Assembly: GCA_010093995.1 (NCBI GenBank)
Contig: ML992504.1
Coordinates: 992,001-1,056,000 of the forward strand
Length of the DNA stretch: 64,000 nucleotides
Source: Elsinoe ampelina
Taxonomy: Eukaryota
Direction: 5' to 3'
Shown: positions 24,501-37,118 of the stretch, piece by piece
How the letters are laid out: every line of letters starts with the position of its first letter
Position numbering within the stretch: position 1 is the first letter of the stretch
Notes under the pieces: model-generated
The model's input: only the letters and a program-made list of their open reading frames with translations
Database searches by the model: none
What the model was told of the DNA's origin: nothing
Translations under genes and position numbers: made by a program

Positions 24501-25148
24501 GGCCTGCCTCAGATCCTCTCTTCCTTCCTCATGATCATCATCTGCTGCTTCACCGACTGCGCCGCGGCGACCGCCATCGCGTACGAGTTGCCGGAAGCAG
24601 ACGTGCTCACTCGCCCGCCGAGGAACGCGAAGAAAGATAGGCTCGTGGACTGGAAACTCATTCTGCAGTCGTATGGCTTCTTCGGGTTGCTGGAGACCGT
24701 CGCGTCCTTTGCGATGGCATACTGGTACTGTCAGCGCCAAGGCCTGCTCTTCTCGGTCCAATGGTTCGGCTTCGGCGCTACGCCTGATGGCATGACGACG
24801 GAGGAACAGACCGCTATCCTCAATCGGGCGAGCAGTATCTACTTTGTCAACCTGGTGGTCATGCAGTGGTTCACGCTACTTGCGATCCGCACGAGGAGAT
24901 TGAGTTTGCTGCAACATCCTGTGTGGAAGAATTTGTACTTGGGCCCGGCGATTGTGTTTGCATTGTTGATCGCGGTTTTCTTTCTCTATGTGCCCAAGTT
25001 TCAGGAGACGTTGGGGACGAGTACCGTGCCGGTTGAGCATTGGTTTTTGCCAATGGCGTTTGGCATGGCGATTTTGTTGGCGGATGAGGCGAGGAAGTAT
25101 TGCGTGAGGAAGTATCCGAAGAGCTGGGTTGGGAGGGCTGCTTGGTAG
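21580..25148 (+). CDS. P-type cation-transporting ATPase, Na+/K+ (H+/K+)-ATPase alpha-like fungal type
   Basis: Multi-exon gene with LTGET, VAFIPEGLP, CSDKTGTLT (phosphorylation site), FNSKSKYM, KGAPD, MVTGD and TGDGVNDAP; last exon ends at TAG 25148. Confidence 0.92.
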
Positions 25149-25957
25149 AGGAGTGTGCAGAGAGATTGCGTGAGGAAACGAAGGATGGGTGATGACTTGA
25201 AACGGTCGAATTCAGAGTATAGACACTACAGTCAAAGAGGACATACAGAATGGTCACTGTGCATACCTTGATGTCGAACAAGCCTGTAACGTATCAACCG
25301 TAAAGATGGTCTTCAAACTTACACTGTCGATTGTGCGAATCAGACAATGACGAGAAGGTTTTCTCATGGTAAAGACATTTGGACGCACGTGACGTCAGAT
25401 CTACCTCGCAAACTCAATTCCCCGATCCCACGCCTCCCGCGTCCTCCCCAACCAATCAGACGCCTGTCTCCACATCGGCCCCTCCGCCCGCCCTGAAGAT
25501 CTCACCTCGAAATCTCACCACAAACGTCACTCCGATCGCATCTGAGATCCTCTCAGATCTCAGAATATCACTGTTGGCAGCCCCAATCACGACCCCGTTG
25601 TAGACGCTAATGCAAGCACTGCCGTGTGGGATCGCCGCTAATGTTTGTCGCGAGCCGTTCGCGACGGGCGGGAAAGTGGTGACGTTGGAGAGCGACAGGA
25701 GGAACCCCAGGGATAATAAGAGGTGAGCACGAGGAGAGGTTGGGGTGATGTAGGTGGTTTCAGTCGTGGGAAACGGTGAGGATATCCTCGAGTGATTTTC
25801 TTTTTTCTGCTGTTGTATACATTCACGATTGGATAGATCTCTTACACGGGCGTGACTTGAATTGTTAGACTGGACGACGTTTTGGTAGATCTGGATACAC
25901 TTCGCTGGCTGGACATAGAATACAACTGTGGAGAAGATTGGATAGACAGCATTGATA

Positions 25958-27657
25958 ATGGCGAGCACTAGAAGTCAGACGAAAGAGGAGACGGCGCCGA
26001 CATGTCACGTTCTCAATTACTTCTACGATCAGGAGGATGGCTTTGCCATGACTGCCCTGGTCCACACTCTGCGATTCCACATTATGGTCGACCCTGAGCA
26101 ATTGGAAGCTGAAGAGGTTCGCGCAGAATACTTGCAACTCCTCAAGGCAGTCCATAGCCCAGAGAGTAATGCTCAAGCGCCGACCACGACCAAGAAGCGC
26201 AAGCGAGACGAGACCGACTCTGGCTACGGATCCAGTCCTCCCGCCGAGGCTTCCACCAAGAGCAGCAACACCAGCGTCACCCTCGCCGAGGACGACCGCG
26301 AGGATAACGAAGCCGTGCGGGCCCTACAAAACTGGTGCCTCGAGCCCTTTGGCGCCATCTTCGCCAAAGAAGCCCCCATCAGCGAAGAGCGTCGCGCCAA
26401 AACCGTACACGACTGGTTCCACGGCCCCGTCTCCTACTACACCCTCACCTGCGACACCAACGGCACCCTCGCACCCTCCCGCGAATCCCCCACCAAACCC
26501 CTCGAATCCCGCATCACCGACCTCATCCCCACCCTCCAACTCCCCAAATACATCACCACCCACTCCATCCCCCTCATCAGCACCTCTTCCCTCTCCATCC
26601 TCGAAACCTCCGACACGCCCTCCCCGCGGCACCCCTCCCTCGTCAAAAACACCTCAACCAACCAAACCCACTTCCTCAAACTCGTCGACCCCTCCCAACC
26701 CGGCCCCGTCAAACGCGAACTCAAAATCCTCCTCGACATCGCCTCGCGCGCCCTCGACTCCAAAATCCGCGTCCCCCTCGTGCAAGGCCTCGTCATCGAC
26801 TCCCCCTGCCCCCTCCCCTCCTCCTCCTCCTCGGTCTCCTCCCCGGACAAGAAATGCCACATCCTCGGCTTCCTCCTCACCCCAATCCCATCCGCCACGC
26901 CCCTGACCACGTACCTCGACAGCGACGCCGCGGAATCCCACCGCGAGAAATGGGCCGGAGAAGTCGAGCGCACGATATCCGTCCTGCATGACAACGGCAT
27001 CGTGTGGGGCGACGCCAAGGCGGATAATTTCATGGTCGACGAGGGGAATCGGTTGTGGATTATTGATTTCGGGGGGAGTTACACGGAGGGGTGGGTCGAT
27101 GAGGGACTCAAGGAGACAGAGGAGGGGGATCTCCAGGGGATGGGGAAGGTGGTGGGGGCGGTGAGGGATCCTGAGGGGATGACGTTTGATCCGGAGGATG
27201 GGCGGGAAGATGAGGAGGAGCAGAAAGGGAATGAGGCGGGTGGGAAGGGAAATCCGAGGAGGACTGAGGAGGAGGTGAGGACGTTGCAGCATGGTGGAGG
27301 CGGGGAGGAGGAAGTAGAGGGTGAGGAGGAGGAAGATGAGGTTGGCGAGGAGGAAGCCGTTGAGGAACAGGAGGAAGAGGGTGATGGGGTGGAAGGCGAT
27401 GTGGAGGCGGACCAGGCGAAGGGCAAAAGTGGAGAAGCAGAGGGAAAGCAGGATCGGTATTGTTACTGCAATGGTCCTGACGAGGGTAAGATGATTGCTT
27501 GTGATGGAGGATGCGACAAGGAATGGTTCCACTTCAAGTGCACTGGGTTGGAGGAGACCCCAGGTAAAGATGGTAACTCATTTCACCTTGTTTGTGTGGC
27601 AGGACATGCATTAACGTGTTCGCAGAGAAGTGGTACTGCGACGATTGTAAACCATAG
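25958..27657 (+). CDS. Fungal protein-kinase-like domain fused to a C-terminal PHD finger
   Basis: Kinase-like motifs HFLKLVD, RELKIL, LHDNGIVWGDAKADN, IIDFGGSYTEGWVD; acidic linker; then RYCYC..MIACD..C..EWFHFKC. Intron 27573-27625 completes EKWYCDDCKP* (C4HC3 PHD). Confidence 0.8.
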
Positions 27658-27882
27658 AGAGCCAGGCATCCCGTTGGTGGAGCATCATTGTATTATAGCA
27701 CGACACGGCGCTGGACAAGAAGTCGGTCGTTGGATGGCCAAAAGCCTCGATCTCATGGGTATCTTATGGAGCTAATCTATCTTTCCATGCAAATGCTTTG
27801 GCCGCACACGCACCATGCACGTTTTTTGCCTGTCCCTGTCGGGCATGAAAGAATCATCCCCCGCAAAGGCTTTCTCGATTCG

Positions 27883-30800
27883 TCAACCTCCTCTTGCTTG
27901 CGCCACAAACTGAGTAAAATGCTTCTTCCATGCTCTCTGATCCGGATCCTTCAGCCGACCAATATACTCGTCAACTGTGTTCCCTTGGAACCCGATCCCA
28001 GGCAACTCCTGGTCGCGTAGGTACGCCTCATATTGCGTCCCACACTTGCGGAGAATGATCCACTGCAAAGCTGCGGCTTCTTGGAGAGAGCTTCGGGCTT
28101 GTGCATCTTTGTGGTTGAATGACGGACTGGATATTAAACCCCATGTCAAGGGCGAGAAGCGGGTCATGGCGAAATTGTCAAAGCCAGGTAAAGCAGGAGC
28201 AGGATCTTGAGATGCTCCATTCGCCCCACTGGCCTGGACAGGAAGGTCAGGCCCACCCCAGACGATTGTCATGCGAGAGAGGACGCCAAAGGCTAATCTT
28301 GCTGTGGCATAGTCGGAGGCGTCTCGGCAGAAATGCTCAAGTGTCTGCAGAATAGGCTCAAAGTTACCTTGATTGGTAGGCGAGACAATGACGGATGCTA
28401 GATCATTGTTGAGGATGACGAGAACGAAGTTGAGGTATTGTGACTTGAGCTCCGCAAGCTGAATCTCATCATCTGTGCCGGTCGTCGGCTCCGAGAGACC
28501 TGAGAAGACGCGTTGCAGTAGTGGCGTCAACAGTGAGTCTAGAATGGAGGATATCTCGGTCTTGAAGCCGAAGACTACCTGATCGAGCAGGCGGAGGAAC
28601 GTGGCCATTTCGTCCTTTGTTGATGTCTGTGACAGAAGTCCCTCAATCCACCTCGGTAATTGGTTCAGGATCCTTGATCCTAGTACGCCTAACATCCTGC
28701 TGAAGGCCGAGCGAGCTGCGGTGCGGATATGCATCGATGACTTCAATGCCTCCAGAGCTCCTAGAATAGCCTCGGATCCAGTGTGAAATTCGGCAGAGAG
28801 CTCATTGGCAGGTGGTGGACCTGATGATGAGACACTAGGCATCCAATCACAGAAACCCTTTGCCAGAGTACCGATCGCCATGATCACATGATGAACCTGT
28901 AATACAGCCCTGTCGTCCCCAGTCGTTGCGGACGGCAGATGCGAGTTGAGATCTGCGATGAGTGGCTCCAGTAAAGAGCGAGCGTAGTAGGTCTGGTCTT
29001 GAATACTGATTGATGGTGTCGATGCTATACATCCAATAGCTTCGAAGAGATATAGCTGGGCATTGAAGACGGCATCTGCGGATTGTTCGTTGACTTCTGA
29101 GCTATCGTCGTCGTCTGCCGAGTCGTCAGGCACTTCAGCCCTGATTTGGAGAAGATCGCCGAAAGATTGCATGACTGTTTGTGCGTCCCCACCGAGGTTG
29201 TTTCGTAATTGCTTGACAAATTTGTAGAAAAGGTACCATGATCTCGTCCGTACCTTGGCGTGGTCGCTGTGGATGAATCTGACAAAGTTCTCAAATGCTC
29301 GTCCTATGAGCGACGTGTTGTGCTCGAAGAATGAGCAGTACCTGACACAGATCTCGAGGTATTGTATCTGAATCGCAGGATGAGGATGCGCCGCAAGGTC
29401 AGATGTCACCAGCTTGGTCATCATCTCGATCAAGTGTCGACCTGCTTCGTTGGCTGGCGCGCCTTTCTGGTACATACCACCGGTCTTCACTGCCAGCTCA
29501 CCAAACAGGTACATCTCGTGCAGCGCAAGATCGAGCTCCCGCCACGTGATGTTCCTGTCGCCAGCATCAATGCCATTGAATGTGGCCGCCACAAGACGGC
29601 TGATCGTGTTCATGAAGAGGCCTTCATCCACTGCCGCGACTGTCTGCTGTAGGACGTGAAGCCGTTTCCGTAGCTCCTGGAACTCAGCTTCATCCGTCTG
29701 GTCGTCCTCAGCACCCCAATCAGCTGTCTCATCAAACTTCATCTTTATAATGATGGTGTCAAGGATAGGTTGTAGCATCTGCACTTCTCCTGATCCGACC
29801 CCAACCCCAACTTTGACTTTTCTTCGGAACATGGTCAGTAGGTCGGTCATGGATGGTATTACTGATGAGCAGATCTCGTCGTACTCGTCGGAAAAGAAGC
29901 GAAGCAGATAGGGTACCGTGAGCTGTAGTAGCTCATCGGCTTTGATACCAGTTGATTCGTCGATCCCGTTCGTTTCCAGTACCTTGATAATGTCGAACAG
30001 TACTGAATTTGTGAGCTTGGCGACGGTCTCTCCCAAGTCCGTATCGTAATTCGAGGTAGATCGGTACTCGGATAGTCCTGGACTTGCGACCAACTGACCT
30101 AGCACATCAGCGAGGTTTAGGAATCGGATGAGTCCAATCTTGTCGTTTGGTGGCATCTTCTTTGCAACAATCTCGTTCAGGGTGTCGATGGCGGCAATGC
30201 GAACCCTACCCTGACCAGATTCGGAAGATGCGACCTGCTGACCGGCGAGATCCCATAGATGGCGCAGCATGTCCGGGTTCACAATGTATGATATGTCGAT
30301 CCAGCTGACCCACCGGCTGATGCATTTGAGACACAGCTCAACGATGTCCAGGTCGACCTCGTGCCATCTCGACAAAATCTCCTGCCATGATGTTGCAATC
30401 TTGGCAGCATCTCTCTGTCTTACAAAGTCCTTCAGCTCTGTGTTGCGCTTATGCTCGTCCTGCGACCTTGGAATAAGAACGTCTGCGATCTCGTCGTGGA
30501 TAGATCGTAAGAGCCGGAGATAGAGTGTGGTTCCAGCGGGATTGGCAGAACCAATGTTGGAAGCATCCCCAGCCAGAGCCTTGAAGTCGTCGAAGAAGGA
30601 TGGCCAGCTTGAAGCATACAGGGACGTGAAGAGATATGTCAGGGTCTGGGTGAGCTTGTTCTGGAGCGCTGTCGCATCTACCCCATTCGTAGATGGTCCA
30701 TATTGTCTCTGCACGTAATCCCAAAGATTGTCCTTTGCAAACTGTAGCCCTTGCTGGTCTAGCTTTTGTGTTTGTACCGCATTGTTCACCACCTCAAGAC

Positions 30801-31025
30801 TGACATGCCGTACTACTTCCGAGGGTGGAGGTGAGCGTACGAACAATGATAGGCAGACTTGCCAGCCGGACGGGTCTGTTCTGAGTTGTTCGAGAAAGGT
30901 GTAGGCCTGAGATTTGAGATTGGGGTCGGTCGAAGGGTTGAAGGCTATTTCAATGGCGCTCTCGACCTGGTCTTGTAAGTCAGGTGGTCTCCCATGGTGA
31001 TGGGAGCAAATACCTGAGCATCCAT
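27883..31025 (-). CDS. LOS1: Exportin-T (tRNA exportin)
   Basis: Micro-exon MDAQ, intron 30967-31013, then VESAIEIAFNP.. and a >1000-aa HEAT-like ORF with YLLRFFSDEYDEICSSV, EAEFQELRKRL and VRTRSWYLF. Confidence 0.9.
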
Positions 31026-31681
31026 TGTTGGCCAGTCGGACCAGCCTGGTGTCTGACGAGGCTATGTAGATCTCACAGATAGTTCGCCGTGCTCGTAGGA
31101 TGGGATGTTATCGCTCCATTGCCGTGGGTGACTCTCGTGAAGAAGCAGTGCGGAAGTGTGTGATTGCCGGAAAGCAGTCGGATATGGTGGGGCGGTGAGC
31201 TGGCTGGGAGTGGTCAAAGGCGTGTGTCTTGTAGCCAGATCAGTGGTCGTTGAAGATTGAGGTGTTCTGCTGGGGTCACTTGTGTAGGCCTGGACGAGAT
31301 GTGTGCCCTGTGGTAAGCAATATACTGTAGGAGCTGTCGTGTGAGGTGTCTCTCAAAATGCTTCCCCCACCTGACGCAAATTATGCGCCAAGGAAATGTC
31401 AACACCGTTGATGCCCATCTTGCCTCACAATGAATTCACCATCAGCTACCTAATCACTATGTGGGGCATGACGAGGCATCTAATATTCCGAACAGCGACT
31501 ATTTACATTGAAAGCGTCTTCACTTTTGCGGTCTCCGACCGATACCCGACGTTTCCGCTCGCACGTAGTGACGGTGGTAGATGGGCACTCTGTCTGGTAG
31601 CCTCATAGTCTCGGCTCATGCTTTCTGTCGCTTCTGGAGATCAGACACTGCTTCCGTGTGCGGTAAGCGTAGGGAGACACA

Positions 31682-32698
31682 CTATGCTTGCAGGTATTTC
31701 GCAGCGTGGTCGACATGATCGTCCGCGAATGAGGCCATGAAGTAGTAGCTGTGGTCGTAGTCTGGCTGCAGCCGCAACTTGACGCTGTCGTCCTTGAAGC
31801 CGGCTTCTGCTGCTGCCTTGACAAAGTTCTCTGGCAGAAGTTGACCTTGCTTCAAGAAGTTGTCACCAGTACCCTAGATCTATCAGCTTGAGATCGATTT
31901 AGGGACCTCACTGATCAACCTACCACATCAATCAGAATGTCCAATTTGTCGCCCTTCCAATTCTTAATGAGCTCGGTTGCATCGTGTTGCTTCCATTTCT
32001 CTTGCTGGTCTTCGCCAAAGTAGCCCTTGAAAGCCTTTTGGCCCCACGGGCAGTTGATTGGATTGGCGATCGGAGCGAATGCAGATACGGACTTGTACTT
32101 GCCGGGATTCTTGAGGAACTGACACTGTTAGCACGACCAGTGATTGCAGCAAGATTTAGGCCCATACCAATGTGAGAGCGCCGTGTCCCCCCATACTGTG
32201 GCCAGTGATACTGACACGGTTGCCGTCAAGCTGTGAGAAGGCAGAGAAAAGTGCCTTTGGTAGTTCATCGGTCAGGTAAGTGTACATCTTGTAGCCCTTG
32301 TCGTAAGGAGCCTTGGTCGCGTCAACATAGAAACCTGCGCCTGAGCCAAAGTCGTATGCATCATCTTCGCCCTGGATGTTGAGCCCTCCTGTCATGCCAG
32401 TTAGCTGCTACCATATGGTACGCGGATGGTGACGGATCATACTCGGACTTGTATCGGGATAGACGACCGCAATGCCTTTTTGGCTCGCCCGATGTTGGAA
32501 GAAGCCTTTTTCGGAGCAATTGTCGCCAGTGCAGGTCAGGCCGGACAGGTAGAATAGTACTGGGACTTTGCTCGAATTTGCTTGTGGAGGCAGGTATAGA
32601 TTGAGCTTCATCTCGCAATTTGTGGAAGCGGCCTTGTGAGCAAGCTTCAGTAGCTTGCCCCCGAAGGACGCAATGGTCGCTGTGGTTTCGAAAGACAT
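31682..32698 (-). CDS. FGH1: S-formylglutathione hydrolase (esterase D)
   Basis: [31 protein letters not shown], nucleophile GHSMGGHG and YDHSYYF; three introns. Confidence 0.93.
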
Positions 32699-33061
32699 AG
32701 TTGCTGATTGTTGAGAAGCCAAATTGACAGTCAATTGCAATGCAGTAGTTGAACAAGAAACGTCAATGTCTTTTGCAAAGAGGTGGACGACTTTCTCAAA
32801 TGCCGACGTCAGAAGCACAACCCCACCTCGCTCGACGCGGGGCAACTCTGCGGATTCGGCGAACATTTCAGGGAAAGATTTCCGCGCATTGGAGCATGTG
32901 GAGAGGCATAGCACTGTACCCTGCTGAAATTGATCGAAACATTCATAAAGCATTCCATCGAGCATGCAAAAAGGCCAGGTGACGATGAGTGGTATCGATT
33001 TACCAGAACGCCCTATCCTGCAACGCTGAAACGCAAATGTCATAAGTACTTTTCTGATCAT

Positions 33062-33702
33062 CTAGAGGAGCTCTTCACATGTCCAATCTTCGTACCTGTT
33101 GTCGCATTAGATGTGTTACATCCTCCCGCCAGGAGTTCGTGCTTACCATCCATCGGGCAGGTATCTTCGAACTACCAGGGGTATCTTCTTCTCACGCAGT
33201 TCCTTCAGTGCTATTTGCAGCGGATCCGTCTCGCCTTCCACGTCAACGAGTACTGGAGCGTTCATGCTGTACTAGATCAGCGGAATCGACAGTAAGATAT
33301 ACAACGGTCGTACCTTATCTGCAATGCTCTTGTTCCCAGCACGCGCGCGCGCTCGTACTTCGTCATGTAGGGTGTGGTCGTCCTTTTCTCATTTGGAATC
33401 TTCTTCTCCTTGAGGCCCTTCACAGTGGTGCCTGAACTTGGTGCCGCGCTTGCGTCGCCGGACGTGACAATGTTGTTTGCCATGTGCTGGTCTGGATCTT
33501 CCGTACCGCCCTCTTGATCCTGATCCTGGCCATCGACGAGGTCTTCGGGTTCGGGCTCGAGCTCTTCGTCTATCATGTTATCGGCGTACTCCCTGTTGGA
33601 TTGTCAGTCGTCTGGTCTGCTTGCTTGCGCATTGAAGAGATCTGATGATACTCACTCTCCATCGCCGTACTCTGCAGCGCCGTCGTCGCCATAGTCCTCC
33701 AT
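33062..33702 (-). CDS. RPB6: RNA polymerase I/II/III shared subunit RPABC2
   Basis: Acidic N-terminus, then [50 protein letters not shown] and [10 protein letters not shown] across introns. Confidence 0.95.
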
Positions 33703-33973
33703 AGCAAGTTTTGGTTGTATATGACCGGTTAATCCAGCTCTGTGATAGCGAATGCAGACAGGGTTGATGCGCCGGCTTGGGGAGTGTGGGATGTATTATG
33801 GGAGCGCCTTTGTTGAAGCTGTCTGGCTGATCGCTTTCGAAAAATCATGTGGGGCTGCTAGCGCCGGACAATCCCGTCTCCACTCGGCAAGACAGAAATA
33901 AGGTTTCAAGATTTCTATATCATTATCTTTCCTGCTTCAACATAGGTCGGTATCATCGATAAGGCGGTGGACC
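33703..33973. promoter_or_regulatory. Bidirectional promoter shared by RPB6 and TFIIIA
   Basis: 271-bp gap between head-to-head start codons. Confidence 0.7.
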
Positions 33974-35548
33974 ATGTCGACCTCAACGTTGAAACGAGGA
34001 CTTGATCTAGAGACAGATCTCCACTTTTCAAAAAGAGCCAAAATCGACAGCAATGCTAGTTTTCTTCCACATCTCGACGTCCTCGAGAATGGGAGCAGTC
34101 CACTAGAGGCAAACACGCCATCTCTTGCAGATTCGACGTTAGACGAAGATGGCGGTTCATCCACGAACGCGACCACTACTCAGCCTGGAACTCCGAATAA
34201 TAAGAAGCCACCTCGCGAAAAGAAGTTCATCTGCGACTATCCGAGTTGTGGCAAAGCCTATGCTCGGCCAGTACGACTAGCTGAACATAAGAGATCGCAC
34301 ACAAACGAGAGACCATTCGTTTGTGACCGCGATGATTGTGGCAAAGCATTTCTGCGAGATTCACACCTCAAAGCGCATGTCAAGTCCCACCACGAAGATC
34401 TTCGGGACTATATCTGCAATTGGCTGGACTGTGGAAAGGGCTTCGCGACCGGACAGAAACTGCGCGAGCATCAAAAGCGGCATGAAAAGAGGGAGGAGCT
34501 CAAATGTGCGGATTGTGGTCAATTCTTCCGGAAACAGGAGACTCTGGATCGACACACGATCGAGAATCATTCCGACTCTGCATTCGTCTGTGAGCATGTG
34601 ATCGACAGCGAGAGTGGTGTAATCTGCGGCGAGAGCTTCAAGAAATATCCTGCCTTGAAGCAGCACCGCGAAAGGACGCACTCTGGGCTAAAGCACTTCT
34701 GCTTCAAATGCTCACCGGAACTAGTGGAAGATGACATGGATGACTCGGCTTCCCAGATGCCAGCAGTTATAGGTTTCACAACCTTCTCGGAGTACCAGAG
34801 GCATCTAAAAGAAGTCCATCCCCCGACTTGCGACACATGCGGACAGACATGCACGACCGAGGCCAAACTTAGAGCGCATATCGATATCGAGCACTTCAGC
34901 AAAGAAGAACGCAAGACGGTTCCATGCAAAGATCCTACCTGCGACCGGATGTTCACTCGAGCTGGTAACATGCTGGTCCACTACAAGAGTGCACATTTGA
35001 ACCAGAAATTTGTCTGCGCACCAACGACAACGGAGACGAGCTTCAACACGATACCGGGGTGGGATGGGAACGGGGCATGTGGTAAGGGTTTCAGCACCAA
35101 AGCTGCTTTGGAGAAACACATCCAGGGCCATCATCTACACATTCCGCTCCAGCCAAGCAAGGGCAAGGAGAAGCGAAAGGCCCGAAAAGCACGAATGGCA
35201 GCACACGAAGAAGACGCCATGGCCATCGACGACACAGAATCACAGCACAGCCGTGCCGCGGATCTTCTGACAGGCAGTCGCCCGGTCCGCGAAAGGCAGA
35301 TCAAGTGCGTCTTGCAATTCTGCCCGCAGAGGTTCCGCAGATGGTACGACATGGAGCTACATCTGCAAACAAGTCATGGCTACAGTGACTTGGCCGCATC
35401 GGATGCGGTGGATGCCATGCGCGAGCAGCAGGCACTGTCAGGTGGGCAATTCTGGGTGGGAGGAGACGTGGACGACGAATTCGAGGATCTTGAGCTCGCT
35501 GCTCATTTGCAGGCAGCATTGGGTGTTCACAGCCCACCGGGATCGTGA
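33974..35548 (+). CDS. PZF1: Transcription factor IIIA (about 10 C2H2 fingers)
   Basis: Tandem fingers starting CDYPSCGKAYARPVRLAEHKRSHTNERPF, some with insertions, and a detached last finger CVLQFCPQRF..HLQTSH. Divergent from RPB6 as in yeast. Confidence 0.82.
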   Translation: MSTSTLKRGLDLETDLHFSKRAKIDSNASFLPHLDVLENGSSPLEANTPSLADSTLDEDGGSSTNATTTQPGTPNNKKPPREKKFICDYPSCGKAYARPVRLAEHKRSHTNERPFVCDRDDCGKAFLRDSHLKAHVKSHHEDLRDYICNWLDCGKGFATGQKLREHQKRHEKREELKCADCGQFFRKQETLDRHTIENHSDSAFVCEHVIDSESGVICGESFKKYPALKQHRERTHSGLKHFCFKCSPELVEDDMDDSASQMPAVIGFTTFSEYQRHLKEVHPPTCDTCGQTCTTEAKLRAHIDIEHFSKEERKTVPCKDPTCDRMFTRAGNMLVHYKSAHLNQKFVCAPTTTETSFNTIPGWDGNGACGKGFSTKAALEKHIQGHHLHIPLQPSKGKEKRKARKARMAAHEEDAMAIDDTESQHSRAADLLTGSRPVRERQIKCVLQFCPQRFRRWYDMELHLQTSHGYSDLAASDAVDAMREQQALSGGQFWVGGDVDDEFEDLELAAHLQAALGVHSPPGS

Positions 35549-37118
35549 TCCGACCATGCGACTATTGTGGTCGTCAGCAGTACATTGTGGAGTTGTTAGC
35601 TGCTATATTGAGGTTGATGATGTGTTATAGCCTGAAGTACTAGCGGGCGATCATTGGAAGTCAAGATCTTGACCACACGAAAGGAGCACGAGAGTTTGCC
35701 TGAGCAAACAATTGATCAAGTCAATCGACGAGTCAGCTTAGAGAGGTCAATGCATGTTATGTCGTGCATCGAGGGTCACGCCGAAGAGCAGAGACTTGCT
35801 AGACACGTTCTGGACGACTATTCGCTGAACAAATTGCAGCGATATGCACGATAGATTAGCCATGAAATGGTACGAGATATTGCCTGTCACACCTGGCTTT
35901 TCTTTTTGCTCGAGCACGTGAACACTGACAAAGTCTATCCGGGTCATTGTCTTGACCGCATCTGCCAGGACTGATCCTATAGTGCTGACCAGCCTGACAT
36001 GTACGGAAGAGTTGGTTGATGGTGGGTGAGGCGTTGGCTGATTTGCGACTAGGCGCCTTGAGGCGCCGCGTGGCGTGAAGCACTATCGACTGCGTATGTA
36101 AAGACGGTTCGAGCACAAAGAGGCTCTACAACGGTCGCCTATACGGAGAAGACCGTGGCCGTTGGTCTTTTCAAGGGGTTGTAATTTCGACAAGACTCTG
36201 CTTGAGACTTTCTTCGTATCTGCTTCCCATTTGGACCTGTCAAACCAATGGTCTCCAAAGACCAAACCACGCGCTGCCCGTCTTTTGCTTGGTGCTGATG
36301 CCGAACAGGGAAAGAGTCCGCCGCTAGTGCATCTCGCCGCGAGGAGAAGAGAAGGGCAAGAAAAGTTTATTGACAAGTCGTGCCGGGCCTCGACACTTCT
36401 GGAAAATCAATCTGTCTGTTTCTCCTCCATCACGACTCTCATCCTTCCGCAGAACGTGCATCCTTCCCCCCTGTGCGGCCCTCCATCGACCGTTATCCGC
36501 TTATGCGCAGGGATGCTGCAGCCACACCGATGCTGGGCTCGTCCTTTTCGGCTCTCGTGAACGCCTTAATCCTGCACGGAGCTCCTTCATCAACCAAAGA
36601 CACTGCGACAGGTTCTTGACTCTTGTAATCCCACACAAACTATGATGCCTCCCGCATCTGTCGCCTCGATCCGTGGCTGAACTATCGTGAGATAGTGTGC
36701 TTGTGGATCTGACTCAGTCTCCCCTCCGACAAGGAACGCCCGACCACGCACAGGTCCTGGCGGGGCGAGGTAATATATACAATCGCCTTGTACTCTACTG
36801 ACTCTGAATGTATTGGGTAAGGCGACAGGGAGAGGCCGTTGTTCTATTAATCTCTGTTTATCACTCTATTCGCTCGACATTTTGTCGAATTCCCATATCA
36901 ATACCCCATACCTCACCGTCTGATCGCCTTTCACTTTCCAACGCTCGTTCGAGCTCAGCACTCTGCTCGACAAGTCCAAGCGAGATGTACATGATATAAC
37001 GACTGCCTCACGTCCGTTTTCTGCAGATCAAAATTTCACCCCGCCGGTAAAGTGGACTGACTGCATAGAGGGCTAATGGTTGATTGGGCCTGTTTGCCGA
37101 AGACGCTGCAGGGAGGAT

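Noticed and set aside
23739..24761. 340-aa ORF antisense to the P-type ATPase (similar shadows at 26654-27532, 38607-39308, 58717-59598)
   Set aside because: Expected shadow frames of GC-rich, codon-biased genes; no independent motifs.
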